In this document: positions 1-14,831 of the stretch, one piece after another | Layout of the letters: every line of letters starts with the position of its first letter | How positions within the stretch are numbered: position 1 is the stretch's first letter | Program-made: the position numbers and the translations under genes | The notes under the pieces: model-generated | Database searches by the model: none | Seen by the model: the letters and a program-made list of their open reading frames with translations, nothing else | Told to the model about the DNA's origin: nothing | Source: Eledone cirrhosa | Taxonomy: Eukaryota | Length of the DNA: 64,000 nt | Assembly: GCA_964016885.1 (NCBI GenBank) | Contig: OZ024742.1 | Location: 195,362,001-195,426,000, forward strand | Direction: 5' to 3'

Positions 1-180
1 TATGGCTTAGGGGGTGTTTGGTTCGTGATCCTAAGCTCATGAGTTCAATGACCGGCAGTGTGATGTATCCTTGAGCAAGACAATTTATTTTACGTTGCTC
101 CAATTCACAGGTACAAAGTAATTCAAAGAACTTCAAATGTACTTGTAATTCAAAGAACTCATCTTGTCAAACACTGCTCG
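1..180 (+). mobile_element. Degenerate tRNA-derived SINE (family with TGTATCCTTGAGCAAGACA core)
   Basis: A-box-like TGGCTTAG, B-box-like GAGTTCAAT, core shared with copies at about 6944, 8620, 38690 and 57015. Confidence 0.55.
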
Positions 181-403
181 TGCTGGCTGAAATTACCCTC
201 GTCAGAAACGATGACAGTCCAATGAGCACATATCACAGTGTAGATAAAGATTCTGTGAGCCCACATCTAACACATTCAATTAGTTCCCTAACCTCCGCCT
301 TAATAAAAGACTGTGCATTTTCAAAATTATTTTATAAAAGTAACTATATTTTAGAAGAAGCATAACTTCAGGTTCTATAGAGGTTGACAATACTAAACTA
401 TTA

Positions 404-599
404 CAGACCTGCTAACCTCTAAAAACCCAAACTGGGAGTAGCATGAAAAAAAAGTGTCCCAAAACGGAGAGAAATGAGGCAAAAGGGAGAGATTTTACAC
501 AATGAAAGCTATATTCATTTACACAAGAGAAAACATCTCTCACCCACCCCAAAGTAGGTGGGAGATCTCCTCGTCGGATGGGGAGAGTTGACAGGTCTG
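404..599. mobile_element. MITE-like element with short TIRs (hAT-like ends)
   Basis: Left end CAGACCTGCTAACCTCT; right end reverse complement CAGACCTGTCAACTCT; CTATT in both flanks but no clean 8-bp TSD. Confidence 0.45.
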
Positions 600-2310
600 C
601 TATTCATTACGTGATGGAGTTTAGTGTAGAACAAGATTGTAAGCAAGAGAGAGATGATAACATACGAAATATTATTCGGGTATTGTAAATCTTTTGATGT
701 AATTTAATTTGAAAAGCGAAAGTCAGTGTTTATACCAACCTGACAATGCCTTAATAGCCAGCCGAAGGGCACGACTACTATTACGACTACTATTACAGCC
801 AAGATCTGTTGTCGAAGGAGGTTAGTATCGCCTTTTATAGTCACTAAAAGGGGCTAAAATGTTTGAGATACGAAAATACGACGATAGTTTCCTAAAATCA
901 GTAACTAAGCATGATGTTGATAAAGATATATTTACCGAACCTGCATGTTGAAAATTGCTATGATAAAACCACGTATGATGTGGGAACCACTTTATTCAGG
1001 TAATAAGTGTCCGAAATTATTGATCATACTCACCATAGATTTTGCCATCTGTTATTACAATTTCACAACTATTTCTTTTCCTCATCTATCTCCTCTTTCT
1101 CAACCACCTCCTCCTCATCTGCTCTCTTCTCCTGCAATATATTTCACCAATAAATTTAAACAGGAAACACACATGCACATGCGCACACGTAAACAATTGT
1201 ATTTCTTTCTATTTCTACGTTGGAATTGTTCTTGAAGCTGTGTCCCCACAGAATAAAAGAACAACAGAACAACAGAACGACAGAGGCTTTATTTGAAATC
1301 TCATATTCTCGAATGAATTGTGTCCGTTCAATGTTATAAAAGTATTGTATTGAAAGCTAGGAACAAATATTGCAGGCTGTAGACACAGTGCTAATTCTAT
1401 ACAAAATGTTAGTAAAGGTTAACACCACAGAGATTCTACTATTAATTGGAACTGCATACTGCATAATGGGGCCAAAGAATTTATATTTATTAAATTACTT
1501 ATTCCGAAATTGTGTTTCTCGGAGATTCCAATAGACATCTAATCGAACACATAAAATGTGAACGCATGTGAAAGAAAATTCCTTATTACAAAATGCACAC
1601 ACCCACCCCACACCTGTTCTATTTCTTCATTCTTTATTCTTTTATTCCCGTATTCTTTTACATTTTTCAGTCATTGGGCTGGGGCCATGCTTTGTCACTA
1701 CCTTAAAGGAGTGTTTTGTCTAACATATCTACCCTAGAACTTAGTTCTTCTCAAGTGTGGTATTTATTGTATCGATCCCTATTTTATAAACTAAAGAATT
1801 GGCAGAAGTTAGAGAAAAAGGAAAAATGCCTTGCGGTGTTGTGTTCTGACTCTCTACGCAGTTCTGATGTCAAATCCCACTGAGATCAATTATAGGCTTC
1901 ATTCTTTGAGGTTTGATAAAAAAAAAAGAAGTATCTGTCTGGGGCGGCGGGGTATAGGAATTGTTAAAGTTTTAGACAAGATACCTGGTGGCATTTGTTT
2001 TGGCTTATCACTGTGGTCTACTTGGGTTGTAGATTTAATTTACCCCACATCCTCCGGTTTAACGTGACCACCTGGCCCTTGGGTGTACTTAGGGTATTCC
2101 CCCTTGTCTACAGTTTTAGAATGCCTTTCTGATCCTCCCCTCCACCAGTCTCGGGGAACTGAAAAGAGTCTCAGACACTACCCGTCCTCCACCTACCACC
2201 ATGACTAAACAGTTAAAAACAATCCGAATCTTAATGATTTAATATTTCTCATTCCAGTGCACACTTTTCATTTCTTTGCAGAGATTTACATTTCCAGAAC
2301 ACTAACAAAC

Positions 2311-2500
2311 AATAATTGTTTCTACTTTAGGCACAAGGCCAGCAATTACCCAGTTCATTACTGGTACTTTATTTTATCGACCCCGTAAGGATGAAAGGCA
2401 AAGTCAACCTCGGCGGGATTTGAACTCAGATCGTAAAGGGACGTAACTATGCTGGAAAGCATGGCGTCCGACCCTCTACCGATACTGCCAATCCACCGCC
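2311..2500 (-). mobile_element. tRNA-derived SINE, young subfamily, with TSD
   Basis: Minus strand has A box TGGCAGTATCGG, B box GAGTTCAAATCC and core GACTTTGCCTTTCATCCTTACGGGGTCGATAAAATAAAGTACCAG; direct repeat CTAACAAACAATAAT at 2302-2316 and 2501-2515. Confidence 0.85.
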
Positions 2501-3354
2501 CTAACAAACAATAATCGTGATTGATAATGAATTTTGTTTTTATTAAACGTTAGGGACTGTTAGTAGAATTCATTTATCGAGGACATAAACCCCAGCGTCA
2601 AACAATAACGGGGTTTCTGCCAACCACATAACTGTATTGACATGGGCAATTTTCTCTAAAATAAAGAACACCTTTTGAAACATAATCGTATAATAATTAA
2701 TACCAAATCTAAGATTTTAGAGTGACATCTGTACATAAGTATATTGTTCCTATACTTATGTACGGATGTCACTCTAAAATCTGCCAGAAGGAAAAACCGA
2801 AGACATACATATTGTATATGACATGACCGAATCCCCAAAATAATCTCAACATCTATCACAGGCAGAAGTCAATACGATGTCAATAAACTGAGACAAATAG
2901 AGGAAATTTGTCCATGATTATTCATACTACTGCTGTTGTAAAAGTAAATTACGATTGAGATGGGTGCAGTTGTTTGTTATCGTGTATTTTGGTGTATTCC
3001 TGTGCTGTTTATTATATAAACACGAACTACATTGAAACTGGAAGCTAAAAGAAATGTTAAAATTCATTTTCCTTTTGGCGAAGAGTGAACAAGAAATTTT
3101 TAACATCGAATGTATAAAATCTCGCAGTGGAATTAAATAGAAATGTGTAGTCAACCTTGATAAATAAGTAAATAAAATAAAATTAAAGATTCCATTTCAT
3201 TTATTGAGATTTCTTGAAATAAATTTAAAAGAATTATCAAATTTGTGACAAGTAATTACATTTTACAAGGAGTTTGTAAAGTATTACGAACAAAAAAAAT
3301 TATCTAAGACAGCAACAGAAGACCGAAGCTACAAAACATTAAAGTGTATAAATA

Positions 3355-3744
3355 GACACATACATTTATATGTATGTGTGTGTGTTTACATACATACATA
3401 TATATATGTGTGTGTTTGTGTATACACACAAAAACACACACACATACACACACATGCATACATATACACACACATACATAAAATACATACATACACACAC
3501 ACACAAACATACATACATACATACATACATACATACATACATACATACATACATACATACATACAAGTATAAACATATATTAATGTATATAAATACAGAA
3601 AATAAAACATACATATGTATATATTTATATATGTATCAAGTTAGATAAATAGATAGGTAAGTAGATAGATTGATAGAGAGGTAGGACAGTAGGCAGGTAT
3701 AAACGTTGGTAGGTATGAAGGTAGGTATGTAAATAGGTATGTAT

Positions 3745-3791
<47 letters not shown>

Positions 3792-3900
3792 AGAGAGAGA
3801 GAGAGGGAGGGAGAGAGAGAGAGAAAGAGAGAGAGGGGGAGGGAGAGAGAGGGGGGGAGAAGCGTAGGTGGGTGGGTAGGTAAGTAAATAGACAGACAGG
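3355..3900. repeat. Compound microsatellite (TA/CA, TACA, TAGG, GA)
   Basis: Direct reading. Confidence 0.95.
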
Positions 3901-3910
3901 CAGATAGATA

Positions 3911-4017
3911 TCTTTCTTTATTTGCCACAGGGGCGTACAAAAATGGGACATTACAAGACGTGACGGCGGGGGTTTTACATAAAAATCATATAACTTTAAC
4001 ATTAATAAATAACAATA
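3911..4017 (-). mobile_element. Tx1-like LINE extreme 3' end fragment (copy D) inside (GATA)n
   Basis: TTTCTTTATTTGCCACAGGGGC...GGGACA.TACAA matches the 3' ends at 12594, 26021 and 31806; GATAGATA on the left and a long (GATA)n at 4020-4110 on the right. Confidence 0.75.
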
Positions 4018-4028
4018 TAGATAGATAA

Positions 4029-4110
<82 letters not shown>

Positions 4111-4397
4111 GTGCGTGGTATTAAATCAAAGAAGATTGCTTTGTTGTTTATGTTTAGGATTGAACTAGATTTATAATATACACGATGAAAAACGGGGAAA
4201 ACTTTATATTAAAATGGCAACCAAATACACATCTATTTATTCTTAAAGATACATATAACACGATTACTAAAGTATATGATGTAACAAAGTTTATATAAAA
4301 GTATTATATTTACAACAATTTCATTTCATGTATTATTCATTTCATATATATTATATTTTCATTTTCAAGCATAAACACACAAACAGACACCCGCATG

Positions 4398-4450
<53 letters not shown>

Positions 4451-4840
4451 AGAGAGAGAGAGAGAGAGAATGAGAAATAGGTAGATAGATATTACCTTAA
4501 TTATGGTGTCATTTTGGTATAATTTTACCGTGAGCCGTCTGTCCGAAATCTTTCTACAAATTCAGCCCTCATCCAACATTAGATATATATATATATATAT
4601 ATGTGCGTCTGTGTGTGTGTGTGTGTTTGTGTGTGTGCGTGTGTGTGTGTGTAAAAACATAAAAACGAATATTAAGACAAGGATTCATATTAAAATATTT
4701 AATAGACTGACGACTGTTTCGCTAGACTAACCAGGAATGAAATAAAGTTCATTCATCAGAGTCCAATTAAATTCAAATATTTTACCTTACGTGTTTTAAA
4801 ATATAGCAGAGAGAGATATATTCTTAATGTCTATTTATAT

Positions 4841-4895
<55 letters not shown>

Positions 4896-5679
4896 TGGGG
4901 GGGGGGGGGGGGGTATGCTCTTCTTTCTTGCAAAACTACTTCTTTCTTACACAACTGTTTTCTCTAAATTTACGATAAATATTGGAGATCTGTGCACACT
5001 TCTAAGTTATTATACAGATTCAAAGTCCATATGATAAAATATTGAACGTTATTTCAGATGCATTCTCATTTTTAGAATTTGACAAATTCTTAATACGTTT
5101 ATTCCTGGGTACTTTTTGTTTTGTTTGTGGGTGGCGGGGTGCATAAATTTCAGATGTTGTCTTTCGTTTTTGTTCACAGCCCCTTCAATATCGAATATTA
5201 TATACATTGCCACTCTCAAACAATGAATTCATCATTTCATGTATCTTCGAATGTTGATCGGACTATTTCAGATAAATCGAGACGTGCAGCTTTTGTTCGA
5301 ATACGACATCCATAGATTCCTTAAATACGATACCGTACACGCCATTTGAAGAATATATGTATTCCAGCAGCTTTCTGTGTTAAACAATGAAAATACTGAT
5401 GTATTGAAATGATTTGAAATTGTGGGTACTTTAATGTTTCGCTATATTAAGCTGTTGAATTATTAATTTTCCTCTGCTTTCCTGCAAGGGTTCCTGCAAG
5501 GGTTCCTGCTTGGGACTGTTGCCTTGTAACAATTTAATATACAGAGTGACCCCAAAACAGCATTCTAATAAATATTGCCTGACAGATTATCAAAGTATGT
5601 ATACATTTTATGGGACCTCCTGTATGTGTCTGTTCTGGAATATAAATCTAAATCCTTATATAAATATAAATCTTTATTA

Positions 5680-6069
5680 TATATATGTATTAACGAAAGT
5701 AGAAGATCGACCGCGAGCTCGGCGGTTTCGGCTAGTTTCCTTTTCATGAGACCTGTGAAGTGATTTGAAAGTAGAAATATTGAAATCAAATATATTTTCA
5801 ATAAATGTAATCTGAGCTTTTCGAATATTAATATTACCATTCGATTCGTTCGCAATTATGCAAACAAGCTTCATTTTTATAGCCATGTCAGTAGAATAAA
5901 CTCTTCGTTCTTGCTCTTGTGTTGGCAGTTCTGTTTACATGCCAACACAAGAGCAAGAATGAAGTGTTCATTCTACTGACATGGCTATAAAAATGAAGCT
6001 TGTTTGCATCATTGCAAACGAACCGAATGGTATTATTAATATTCGAAAAGCTCAGATTACATTTATTGT
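5680..6069 (-). mobile_element. Penelope-like remnant with 5' fold-back inversion
   Basis: Inverted arms about 5799-5927 and 5940-6069 with a short spacer; hammerhead-like motif at 5705-5753 near the inferred 3' end. Confidence 0.55.
5705..5753 (-). ncRNA. Variant hammerhead-like motif
   Basis: Minus strand GGTC-TCATGAAAA-GG-aaactag-CC-GAAA-CCGC-cgagctc-GCGG-TC-GATC; palindromic CGAGCTCG in stem III; core deviates from CUGANGA. Confidence 0.45.
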
Positions 6070-6112
6070 ATTCAGCCATGTAGAGCGAAAATTTTCTTTT
6101 TTTATTTAAATA

Positions 6113-6495
6113 TATAGTTTCTACTTTTGGTACAAGGCCAGCAATTATCCCAGTACATCACGGGTGATTTATTTTATCGACCCCGAAAGGATGAAAGGCA
6201 AAGTTAACCTCGGCGGACTTTGAACTCAGATCGTAAAGGGCGGTAACTCGATGCAGCTAAGCATGGCGTCCGACACTCTACCGATACTGCCAACCTACCG
6301 CTACAGTAATAATTGTTTCTACTTTTGGCACAAGGCCAGCAATTACCCAGTACATTACTGGCACTTTATTTTATCGACCCCGTAAGGATGAAAGGCAAAG
6401 TTGACCTCGGCGGGATTTGAACTCAGAATGGAAAGGGCCGGAATTCTATGCATCAAAGCATGACGTCCGACCTTCTACCGATACTGACAATCCAA
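6113..6495 (-). mobile_element. Two tandem SINE copies (same family as 2311)
   Basis: Two consecutive units of about 190 bp (6113-6302, 6308-6495) with the same core and B box. Confidence 0.85.
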
Positions 6496-6943
6496 TAGCG
6501 TTAGAAAATAGGTTAAAATACCTTTTATTTTCAGTCCCTAAAGATATTTTACCCGATTTTCTAACTCTATTATAAGTATTATAGTTTAGATAGCGAATCT
6601 GTTTTGATTATATTTCTAATACAAATACACCCACCCAACCACACACACACACATATATATATGTATATATATATGCGCGTGTGTGTGTATGTGTGTATAT
6701 ATATATATGTGTGTGTGTATATATGTATATACGTATATATATATATGTGTGTGTATATATATATATATATGTGTGTGTATGTATGTGCCGGTTATTTAAC
6801 AAGACCAAAAGAGAATGTTTGAGTAAATGTTACTGGGAACCAAATGTTACGACATTTAACACTGGGAAGAATTTTTCGTTAAAATCACATATCCAAAGAA
6901 ATCAAATAATAGCTAAGGCAATAATGTTATTTAGATCTTCATA

Positions 6944-7240
6944 GGGCACGTGGCTTAGTGGTTAGAAAGTTGCATTCGCAATCGTGAGGTTGAGTCGTTC
7001 TATCCTTGAGCAAGACACTTTATTTCACATTGCTCCTTCTGCCAAGGAGTTGCGACCGGTAGATAATATCAGCTATGGAAAGACGAATGGAAACATTGTT
7101 TCCTTTGGTCCGATTTGACGAGGTCCATCCTACTTGGCAAGCGAATGGGGTCTGAGATCTTGTCAATCGATAAGGGCATGGGTGGTGCCCCAGCATGACC
7201 TCAGCCGGATGGCTGGCACAGGTAAGAGATTAAAAGCGTA
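6944..7240 (+). mobile_element. tRNA-derived SINE, second family
   Basis: GGGCACGTGGCTTAGTGGTTAG head and CCTTGAGCAAGACACTT core. Confidence 0.6.
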
Positions 7241-7587
7241 AAGTGCCATTTACATGTACCTACCACATATGTAATGGGCCTCGTCAGTATCATAGACGAG
7301 TGTTCTGGTTGTTGAAACAAGGGACCAGCCTGCAATGTCCATCGTCCCAATATCATTCAAAATGTTAAGGTTAACCCGAGGTTATGGTAAAGACATATGT
7401 CCATATAACCTGCTACACGGTGGAATCGATCCCGGGTCCCGTGATTGCGAAGATATGCATGGGTCCACCTAACACACACTCACACACACGCATCACACAC
7501 ATGCACACAAACACAACATTCCTTTAGCACGGTGAGTGTGTGTGCGTGTATATATATATGTGTGTGTGTTTGTGTATATGTGTGTGC

Positions 7588-7632
<45 letters not shown>

Positions 7633-7681
7633 GCTACACACACACACACACATATAAATATATATATATGCGTGTGCGCGC

Positions 7682-7735
<54 letters not shown>

Positions 7736-7876
7736 ATAGTACGACAGGAATACTTAAAACAAATATTGATTGTACAAAAGGGTGGAATCAGAACACGTAA
7801 AATTACTCCAATACTGAGAGTAACATGCAGTAAATTTACTAAACACCTCACCTTTGAAATTCACATTGAATATGCA

Positions 7877-7974
<98 letters not shown>

Positions 7975-8560
7975 ACACACACACACACACATACACACAC
8001 TCACTCACTCACACACTCACACACATACTAGTTCCTTGATAATGTGCAAAGAATGCTAAAATAAATCGATTTGCCAATTAGCTATGCTAAGCATAAAAGG
8101 CAACAAGGTTAAAATGGACGCCATATTCCGCATAGACAAACAGCAAAAAAAAAAGCGGAACAAACAACGCTGACCGAGGCTGCTATTCCAATATGGAGGT
8201 TTAGCCCAGATGGCTAAAAGGAAAAGTAAATAACTAAAAAATAGAAATCTATGTAATATATTTTTGTCCGCATGAATGTGTCTGTGTATGTGTATTTGTA
8301 TGAATTTGTGTTGGTCCTTCGAAGGTTCCGACGACGAGTGTTCTAATTGATACGATCAACGAAACAGACTAATCGTGAAATTAACGTACAGGTACCTAAG
8401 TATTCCACAGAAACATGTATCCTTAACGTATTTTTCATTGTGATTCAGCGTAACATAGTTTGTGACTAGAGTAGACTAGATAATCAAACGCCGCATGAAG
8501 TTCTGTTCACAAGGTGAACATCCACGCAATTTCACTGAATGTCTCTCTTTCTCTCTTTCT

Positions 8561-8612
<52 letters not shown>

Positions 8613-8619
8613 TTTTTTT

Positions 8620-9408
<789 letters not shown>

Positions 9409-9562
9409 ATATATATATATATATATATGTAGATAAATCTACCAAGAGTTTACGGTAGTGTCCAATCCGTATGAAGAACTCAATGTATTTCGGATATCAT
9501 GGAAAGAAGAGATGTAATGAAAATCCAATTTCGGTGAAAGATAAACGGTATACAGAGTCAAG

Positions 9563-9972
9563 ATAAAATATTAAACAAATAATGAACAAACAATTCCTTA
9601 TATTAAACAAAAAAAGTTCACTATTTAACGATCGTTTCTAGGGTATATATGTGTTATAGTTGGTATGCATATTTAACAGATCTATGTACAAAATTATACA
9701 AAATTATACAAATTATCAAGATTAAATATACATACCTAACTCATATATACGCCGTCTTCAGAAATAATGATTATTTCTGAAGACGGCGTATATATGAGTT
9801 AGGTATGTATATTTAATCTTGATAATTTGTATAATTTTGTATAATTTTGTACATAGATCTGTTAAATATGCATACCAACTATAACACATATATACCCTAG
9901 AAACGATCGTTAAATAGTGAACTTTTTTTGTTTAATATAAGGAATTGTTTGTTCATTATTTGTTTAATATTT

Positions 9973-9975
<3 letters not shown>
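9563..9975. mobile_element. Apparently perfect 413-bp palindrome (Penelope-like fold-back) with a hammerhead in each arm
   Basis: Arms of about 206 bp centred on 9769; right flank is (TA)n. Confidence 0.8.
9772..9916 (+). ncRNA. Type I hammerhead ribozyme with about 116-nt stem II (mirror copy 9622-9766, minus)
   Basis: TATTT-CTGAAGA-CGGCGTATATATG...CATATATACCCTA-GAAAC-GATC-GTT-AAATA; stem III ACGATCGT is palindromic. Confidence 0.65.
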
Positions 9976-10025
<50 letters not shown>

Positions 10026-10263
10026 ATTTGGCAGATTCGTTAGAACGTCGGATAGAATGCTTTATGGTATTCGTTCCTGCTCTCTCTTCAACTTTACCTC
10101 TCATCCTTTCGAGGTCGATAAAAAAAAGGTACCAGTCTAGTACTGGGGTGGAACTTCTCTCTGGAAGAAATTTGTTGTACTGAGGCCTGGAGAGGGAGAG
10201 GCTTACAATGTCCAAGAAACGCCCCTACGACTCTATCAGGAGTTACGGGACCATACCATAACA

Positions 10264-10359
<96 letters not shown>

Positions 10360-10417
10360 AAAGCGAGACGATTTCAAAGTTTTAAATGTACTTCCTCGAA
10401 TTATTATATATAAACAG

Positions 10418-10553
10418 AGTTACGTCCCTTTACAGTCTGAGTTCAAATCCCGCCGAGGTTAACTTTGCCTTTCATCCTTACGGGGTCGATAAAATAAAGT
10501 ACCAGTAATGTACTGGGTAATTGCTGGCCTTGTGCCTAAAGTAGAAACAATTA
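10418..10553 (+). mobile_element. 5'-truncated SINE (family of 2311)
   Basis: GAGTTCAAATCCCGCCGAGGTTAACTTTGCC...GTAGAAACAATTAT. Confidence 0.85.
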
Positions 10554-11228
10554 TATATAAACAGAGGATGTACATTTAAAATCGTCACTCTTCTTTATTA
10601 TATATGATATTGTAATATAATACTGATCATCCGGTGGATACCTTATTGTTAATACTTTAAGGAATACAAGTCGTAGAGTGTTTACGACCAAAGTTGGTGG
10701 ATTATCTGATCAAACAACTTTCTTCAATTGAATAATATATATCCGTAGATGTGAAAAGGAAAAAGGAAAACATTGCTCAATCGGGAAAAGAGCAGAAATT
10801 ATTATTTATTTGTTCATACAAGGTTTCAAGACCTAAATTTGACCATATCTCTAGAATTGAAGATGCATCAAATTGGTCACTTTTCTTCAGTATAAGCGCC
10901 TGGAAAAAAGTCACTAATTTAATGCTTCGTGTATTCTGGGAGGTATCATCAAATTTGGGTTTGAAACCTTGGGTAGCGCCTTTGTTCTGTGTATGAACAT
11001 AAATAAATTATTAGAAACACTCACACACACAAACAAACACAGGCTTATTTTAAACACACAAAATAAATTCGTCGACCAATATTTCAAATGCGTATACAGC
11101 AAGATGAATGAAGGTTAAGTTAAATGAGTGCCAGAGGAAGGGGGGGATGACGATCGACTTTTGCACATGCACTGTACAACGCACAGAAAATCATGGCCAT
11201 TATGAACTATATTAAGTGACATATGTAT

Positions 11229-11265
<37 letters not shown>

Positions 11266-11367
11266 ATTTACATATACACAAACTAAGCAAAGTCACAGAT
11301 ATATATGTTTTGGCAACCATTCACGATGTGGCTCAATGATGAATTGATAAATTAAACAATCAGAGCA

Positions 11368-12083
11368 ATATACTATAAAGTATGTCCATAGAATCATTTG
11401 ATAATATATATACACCATTTCCTCTCCCAATTAGCATAATCAACCACATAAAAAATCAATTATACCAGGCTATAATATTAAAAGGCACCTATGAAGAAAT
11501 ATAAGATAAATAAACGACACCAATCTCTTCGCGGCCGACCGCCATAGAATATTTAGCCAACATTTCAACAGCACGTGGAAATCGACTAAATATACCGTCA
11601 ACTATACACAATTAGGTATAAAATTAAAGTTAGAAGAAATGCGTATACACTTACCAGGATTATGTCTCTACCCTCGGGTTTTGAGATATCCTCGTCAGGA
11701 AACAAACTCATAGGACAAGTAATTTTCTAAAATGATCCCCGCCAGAAACAAATTCAAAATGGCTAAAAATCGTGACGTGGCAGTGGTCAAGCCAGAAAGA
11801 AGGTGAGTAAGTGTGTACGCATTTCTTCTAACTTTAATTTTATACCTAATTGTGTATGGTTGACGGTATATTTAGTCGATTTCCACGTGCTGTTGAAATG
11901 TTGGGTAAATATTCTATGGCATCGGCCGCGAAGAGGTTGCTGTCGTTTATTTATCTTATATTTCTTAGATGCCTTATAATCTTATAGCCTGGTCTAATTG
12001 ATTTTTTATGTGGTTGATTATGCTAATTGGGAGAGGAAATGGTGTATATATATTATCGAATGATTCTATGGACATACTTTATA

Positions 12084-12089
<6 letters not shown>
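11368..12089 (-). mobile_element. Penelope-like fold-back element (arms 11368-11654 and 11807-12089) with a hammerhead in the spacer
   Basis: Imperfect inverted arms of about 285 bp; (TA)n flank; arm homologous to 14850-15100. Confidence 0.7.
11663..11704 (-). ncRNA. Minimal type I hammerhead, GAAA decayed to AAAA
   Basis: TGTTTC-CTGACGA-GGATATCTC-AAAA-CCC-GA-GGG-TA-GAGACA, followed shortly by CTG|GTAAGT. Confidence 0.55.
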
Positions 12090-12120
<31 letters not shown>

Positions 12121-12123
<3 letters not shown>

Positions 12124-12558
12124 TAGCCGAATTACTCGCGCCTTGCTGCGTTCCACACATAAAAAAGTAGAGGCATTAACTAATAATTTTTGTTGTCATA
12201 ATTCTAGTGATGTTTTGCCATAGATAAAATGTCTAAATTTATTATAAGAGAGAGGTACTTTTTTGTTGATTTACGTTTAATTAATAGAAAAAACCCATGA
12301 TAGTAGAGGTTCCACATCTCAAGTTATGGGCTTCCATAACTTGAGTACTGGAACTTTTACTATAGGGGGTTTAACCCCCATTAGGGTGTCCTTATATTAT
12401 TGAAATTTGCTGAAATTTTCAGAGGGCGTTTGTGGCCCCCGGGGACATTTGATTAAAATGAAATATATTTATCCAAGTAACCTGGGAAATGTAGTTTCAG
12501 AATATATATGGAGGAGTTCGTGAACAAACAAACAAACAAACAGGAACTACAACTTTAT

Positions 12559-12561
<3 letters not shown>
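12121..12561 (+). mobile_element. Lep1/Helitron-like non-autonomous element
   Basis: Starts TACTAGCCGAATTACTCGCGCCTTGCTGCG; internal hairpin GTAGAGGTTCCA...TGGAACTTTTAC; (ACAA)n then ACTTTATATAGAT end. Architecture resembles Lep1/HINE elements (from recall). Confidence 0.45.
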
Positions 12562-12593
<32 letters not shown>

Positions 12594-12966
12594 TATTTCT
12601 TTATTAGCCACAGGGGCACAAAAGAAGGGGACAAATACAAAGGGGGAAGTTTACATACAATAAAACCGTGTAAAATGTTATCACAGATGGAATTTAAAAG
12701 TTAGTCGATTTTCCCCAATAGAGGGAGACAGTTTATATGGGTAACACAGACCCCCGAAAAAAATGTGCAACCCTCATCTCCAGGAGTACGAAGAGCTTGT
12801 ACTCCTTTCCTCTCCTCCTCCTTTTCCTCAACCTACAGGCTGATATAGAGAGAAGGCCCATTCACTCGGGCCATTCTCGCCACTTTCACCCACCTTTCAT
12901 AAAACTTGCTGGGGTACAGCACCTCTCTCTCCATCCTGATTCTTCTTCCAAAGTGGTATTTGAAAA

Positions 12967-12969
<3 letters not shown>
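12594..12969 (-). mobile_element. Tx1-like LINE 5'-truncated copy C inside (GATA)n
   Basis: Nearly identical to 31806-32183; encodes the ORF2 end FFKYHFGRRIRMERE...LYISL; (GATA)n on both sides (12562-12593, 12970-13029). Confidence 0.92.
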
Positions 12970-13029
<60 letters not shown>

Positions 13030-13292
13030 CTGATGTCCCCATCGGTCACTAATGACCATGGTTTTTCACCTTGAAAGTTTCCCTCTGCGGCACAGGCCTT
13101 GGCAAGATTTGTTTGTGGAGGACCAGCAGTCGACGATGTTGTCCAAAGGAACTTATTACTACAGCTCAGTAAACTGGAACAACGTGAAATAAAAGGTGTT
13201 GCTGAAGGACACTTGAAACCATGCGCATTCGTTATATATATATATAGTAATAATAAATATGGAGAGTAAAATCCGAAGAGGGCTCGGTACGC

Positions 13293-13341
<49 letters not shown>

Positions 13342-13888
13342 TATTTATATATTAATATTTATATACAAATATATCGTGACAAATGTAATGGATGTGAAAC
13401 CTGGAACTTTCTTATTCTACATACATACATATTTGATCTACACAGAAAATATCTCTGCATTGCAACCACCATAATATAATAACACACCCGCTTTAAGTGC
13501 TTGTATTTTGTATGCAACACCCAGCATTCATATATGCTTGATACTTTTGCTTGTTCAATTGCTTTATATATGACTAACGCACGTACTGTCTCTTTAATTT
13601 AATTTTATTTATTTACTAGACGCTCTTGTATTATCTGTCAGATGTGCTCCACCAAAAGCTTTTAATTTTAATTTTGAATCTTTATTGTACAATTATAGTA
13701 TAACATAATATATGTCGCATCCATCCCACACTGTTGTCCACAATATGTATCTGTATGATTCTTCAGCGGAATAGGAGGCTGATTAAATGTACAAACATTA
13801 TTAATAATACTCCGAAGACTTCACGCCTAGGCTTGGAAGAAACAATTGTGAGCAATTAAAAGTACTAACATAGCTTTGATTCTTGTGT

Positions 13889-13943
<55 letters not shown>

Positions 13944-13955
13944 GGGGGGTAATAA

Positions 13956-14072
<117 letters not shown>

Positions 14073-14089
14073 ATAAATATAAAAACCCG

Positions 14090-14750
14090 TAGAGCAAATA
14101 TATATCGGTGGATTGGCAGTATTGTAAACAATACTGTGTGTTTGTAAACAAACATCCCGAATTAAGCCGTACAGTGTCTAGCAACCATCGTTGTTCATTT
14201 GTTCAACACTGACAAAGGAACGCTGTACTAGTTTCAAGCTTATTAGTTATCGTCAGCAACGTATACCTTCCTGCCAGATGGTTGAACGTCTGAAAGTATA
14301 AACTTTCCTTATGCATATTAATGACCGAGCAGCCTAATTTGCATATCGTGTGAGTTAATCGGCCGGGGTACCGAAAACGATAAACGGATAACATGAAACG
14401 AAATTTCATTTCTGTTAATATGCATAAGGAAAGTTTATACTTTCGGACGTTCAACCATCTGGCAGGAAGATATGACGATAGCTAATAAGCTTGAAACTAG
14501 TACATCGTTCCTTTGTCAGTGTTGAACAAAAGGGCAAAGATGGTTGCTAATCACTGTACGGCTTAATTCGGGATATTTGTTTACAAACAAACCGAGCAGT
14601 ATAATAAATGTTCGGTAAATCCATACGTACTTTTATATATGTGTGCATGTATGTATATATTTATATGCATACTACTGTACGTCTGTATACATATATGTAT
14701 GTACGTATACATACGTATATTTAAGTAACGGCCGTATTAAGAGTGAGAAG
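14090..14750. mobile_element. Penelope-like/retrozyme-like fold-back (arms about 14135-14322 and 14413-14590)
   Basis: Inverted arms; same family as the tandem units at 19660-20485; contains a hammerhead. Confidence 0.75.
14221..14261 (-). ncRNA. Minimal type I hammerhead
   Basis: CGTTG-CTGACGA-TAACT-aata-AGCTT-GAAAC-TA-GTA-CAGCG; stem III ACTAGT is palindromic. Confidence 0.7.
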
Positions 14751-14831
14751 CTGATGAATCCGACGCTCGAGTTTATATAATTATTACATAATTATTGGAA
14801 AACTCAAAATACGGACGAAACCATGGTAGAG
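14751..14831 (+). ncRNA. Hammerhead core with extended stem II; 5' strand of stem I missing
   Basis: CTGATGA-ATCCG...GAGTTT...AAACTC...CGGAC-GAAAC-CATG-GTA-GAG|GTAAAT; stem III ACCATGGT is palindromic. Confidence 0.6.

Noticed and set aside
4990-5400. Possible host exon in non-repetitive sequence
   Set aside because: Only short ORFs with no recognisable motif; a small exon cannot be excluded without RNA data
13660-13775. CTGAAGA-ATC...GATTC-AAAA on the minus strand
   Set aside because: No stem III, cleavage triplet or stem I
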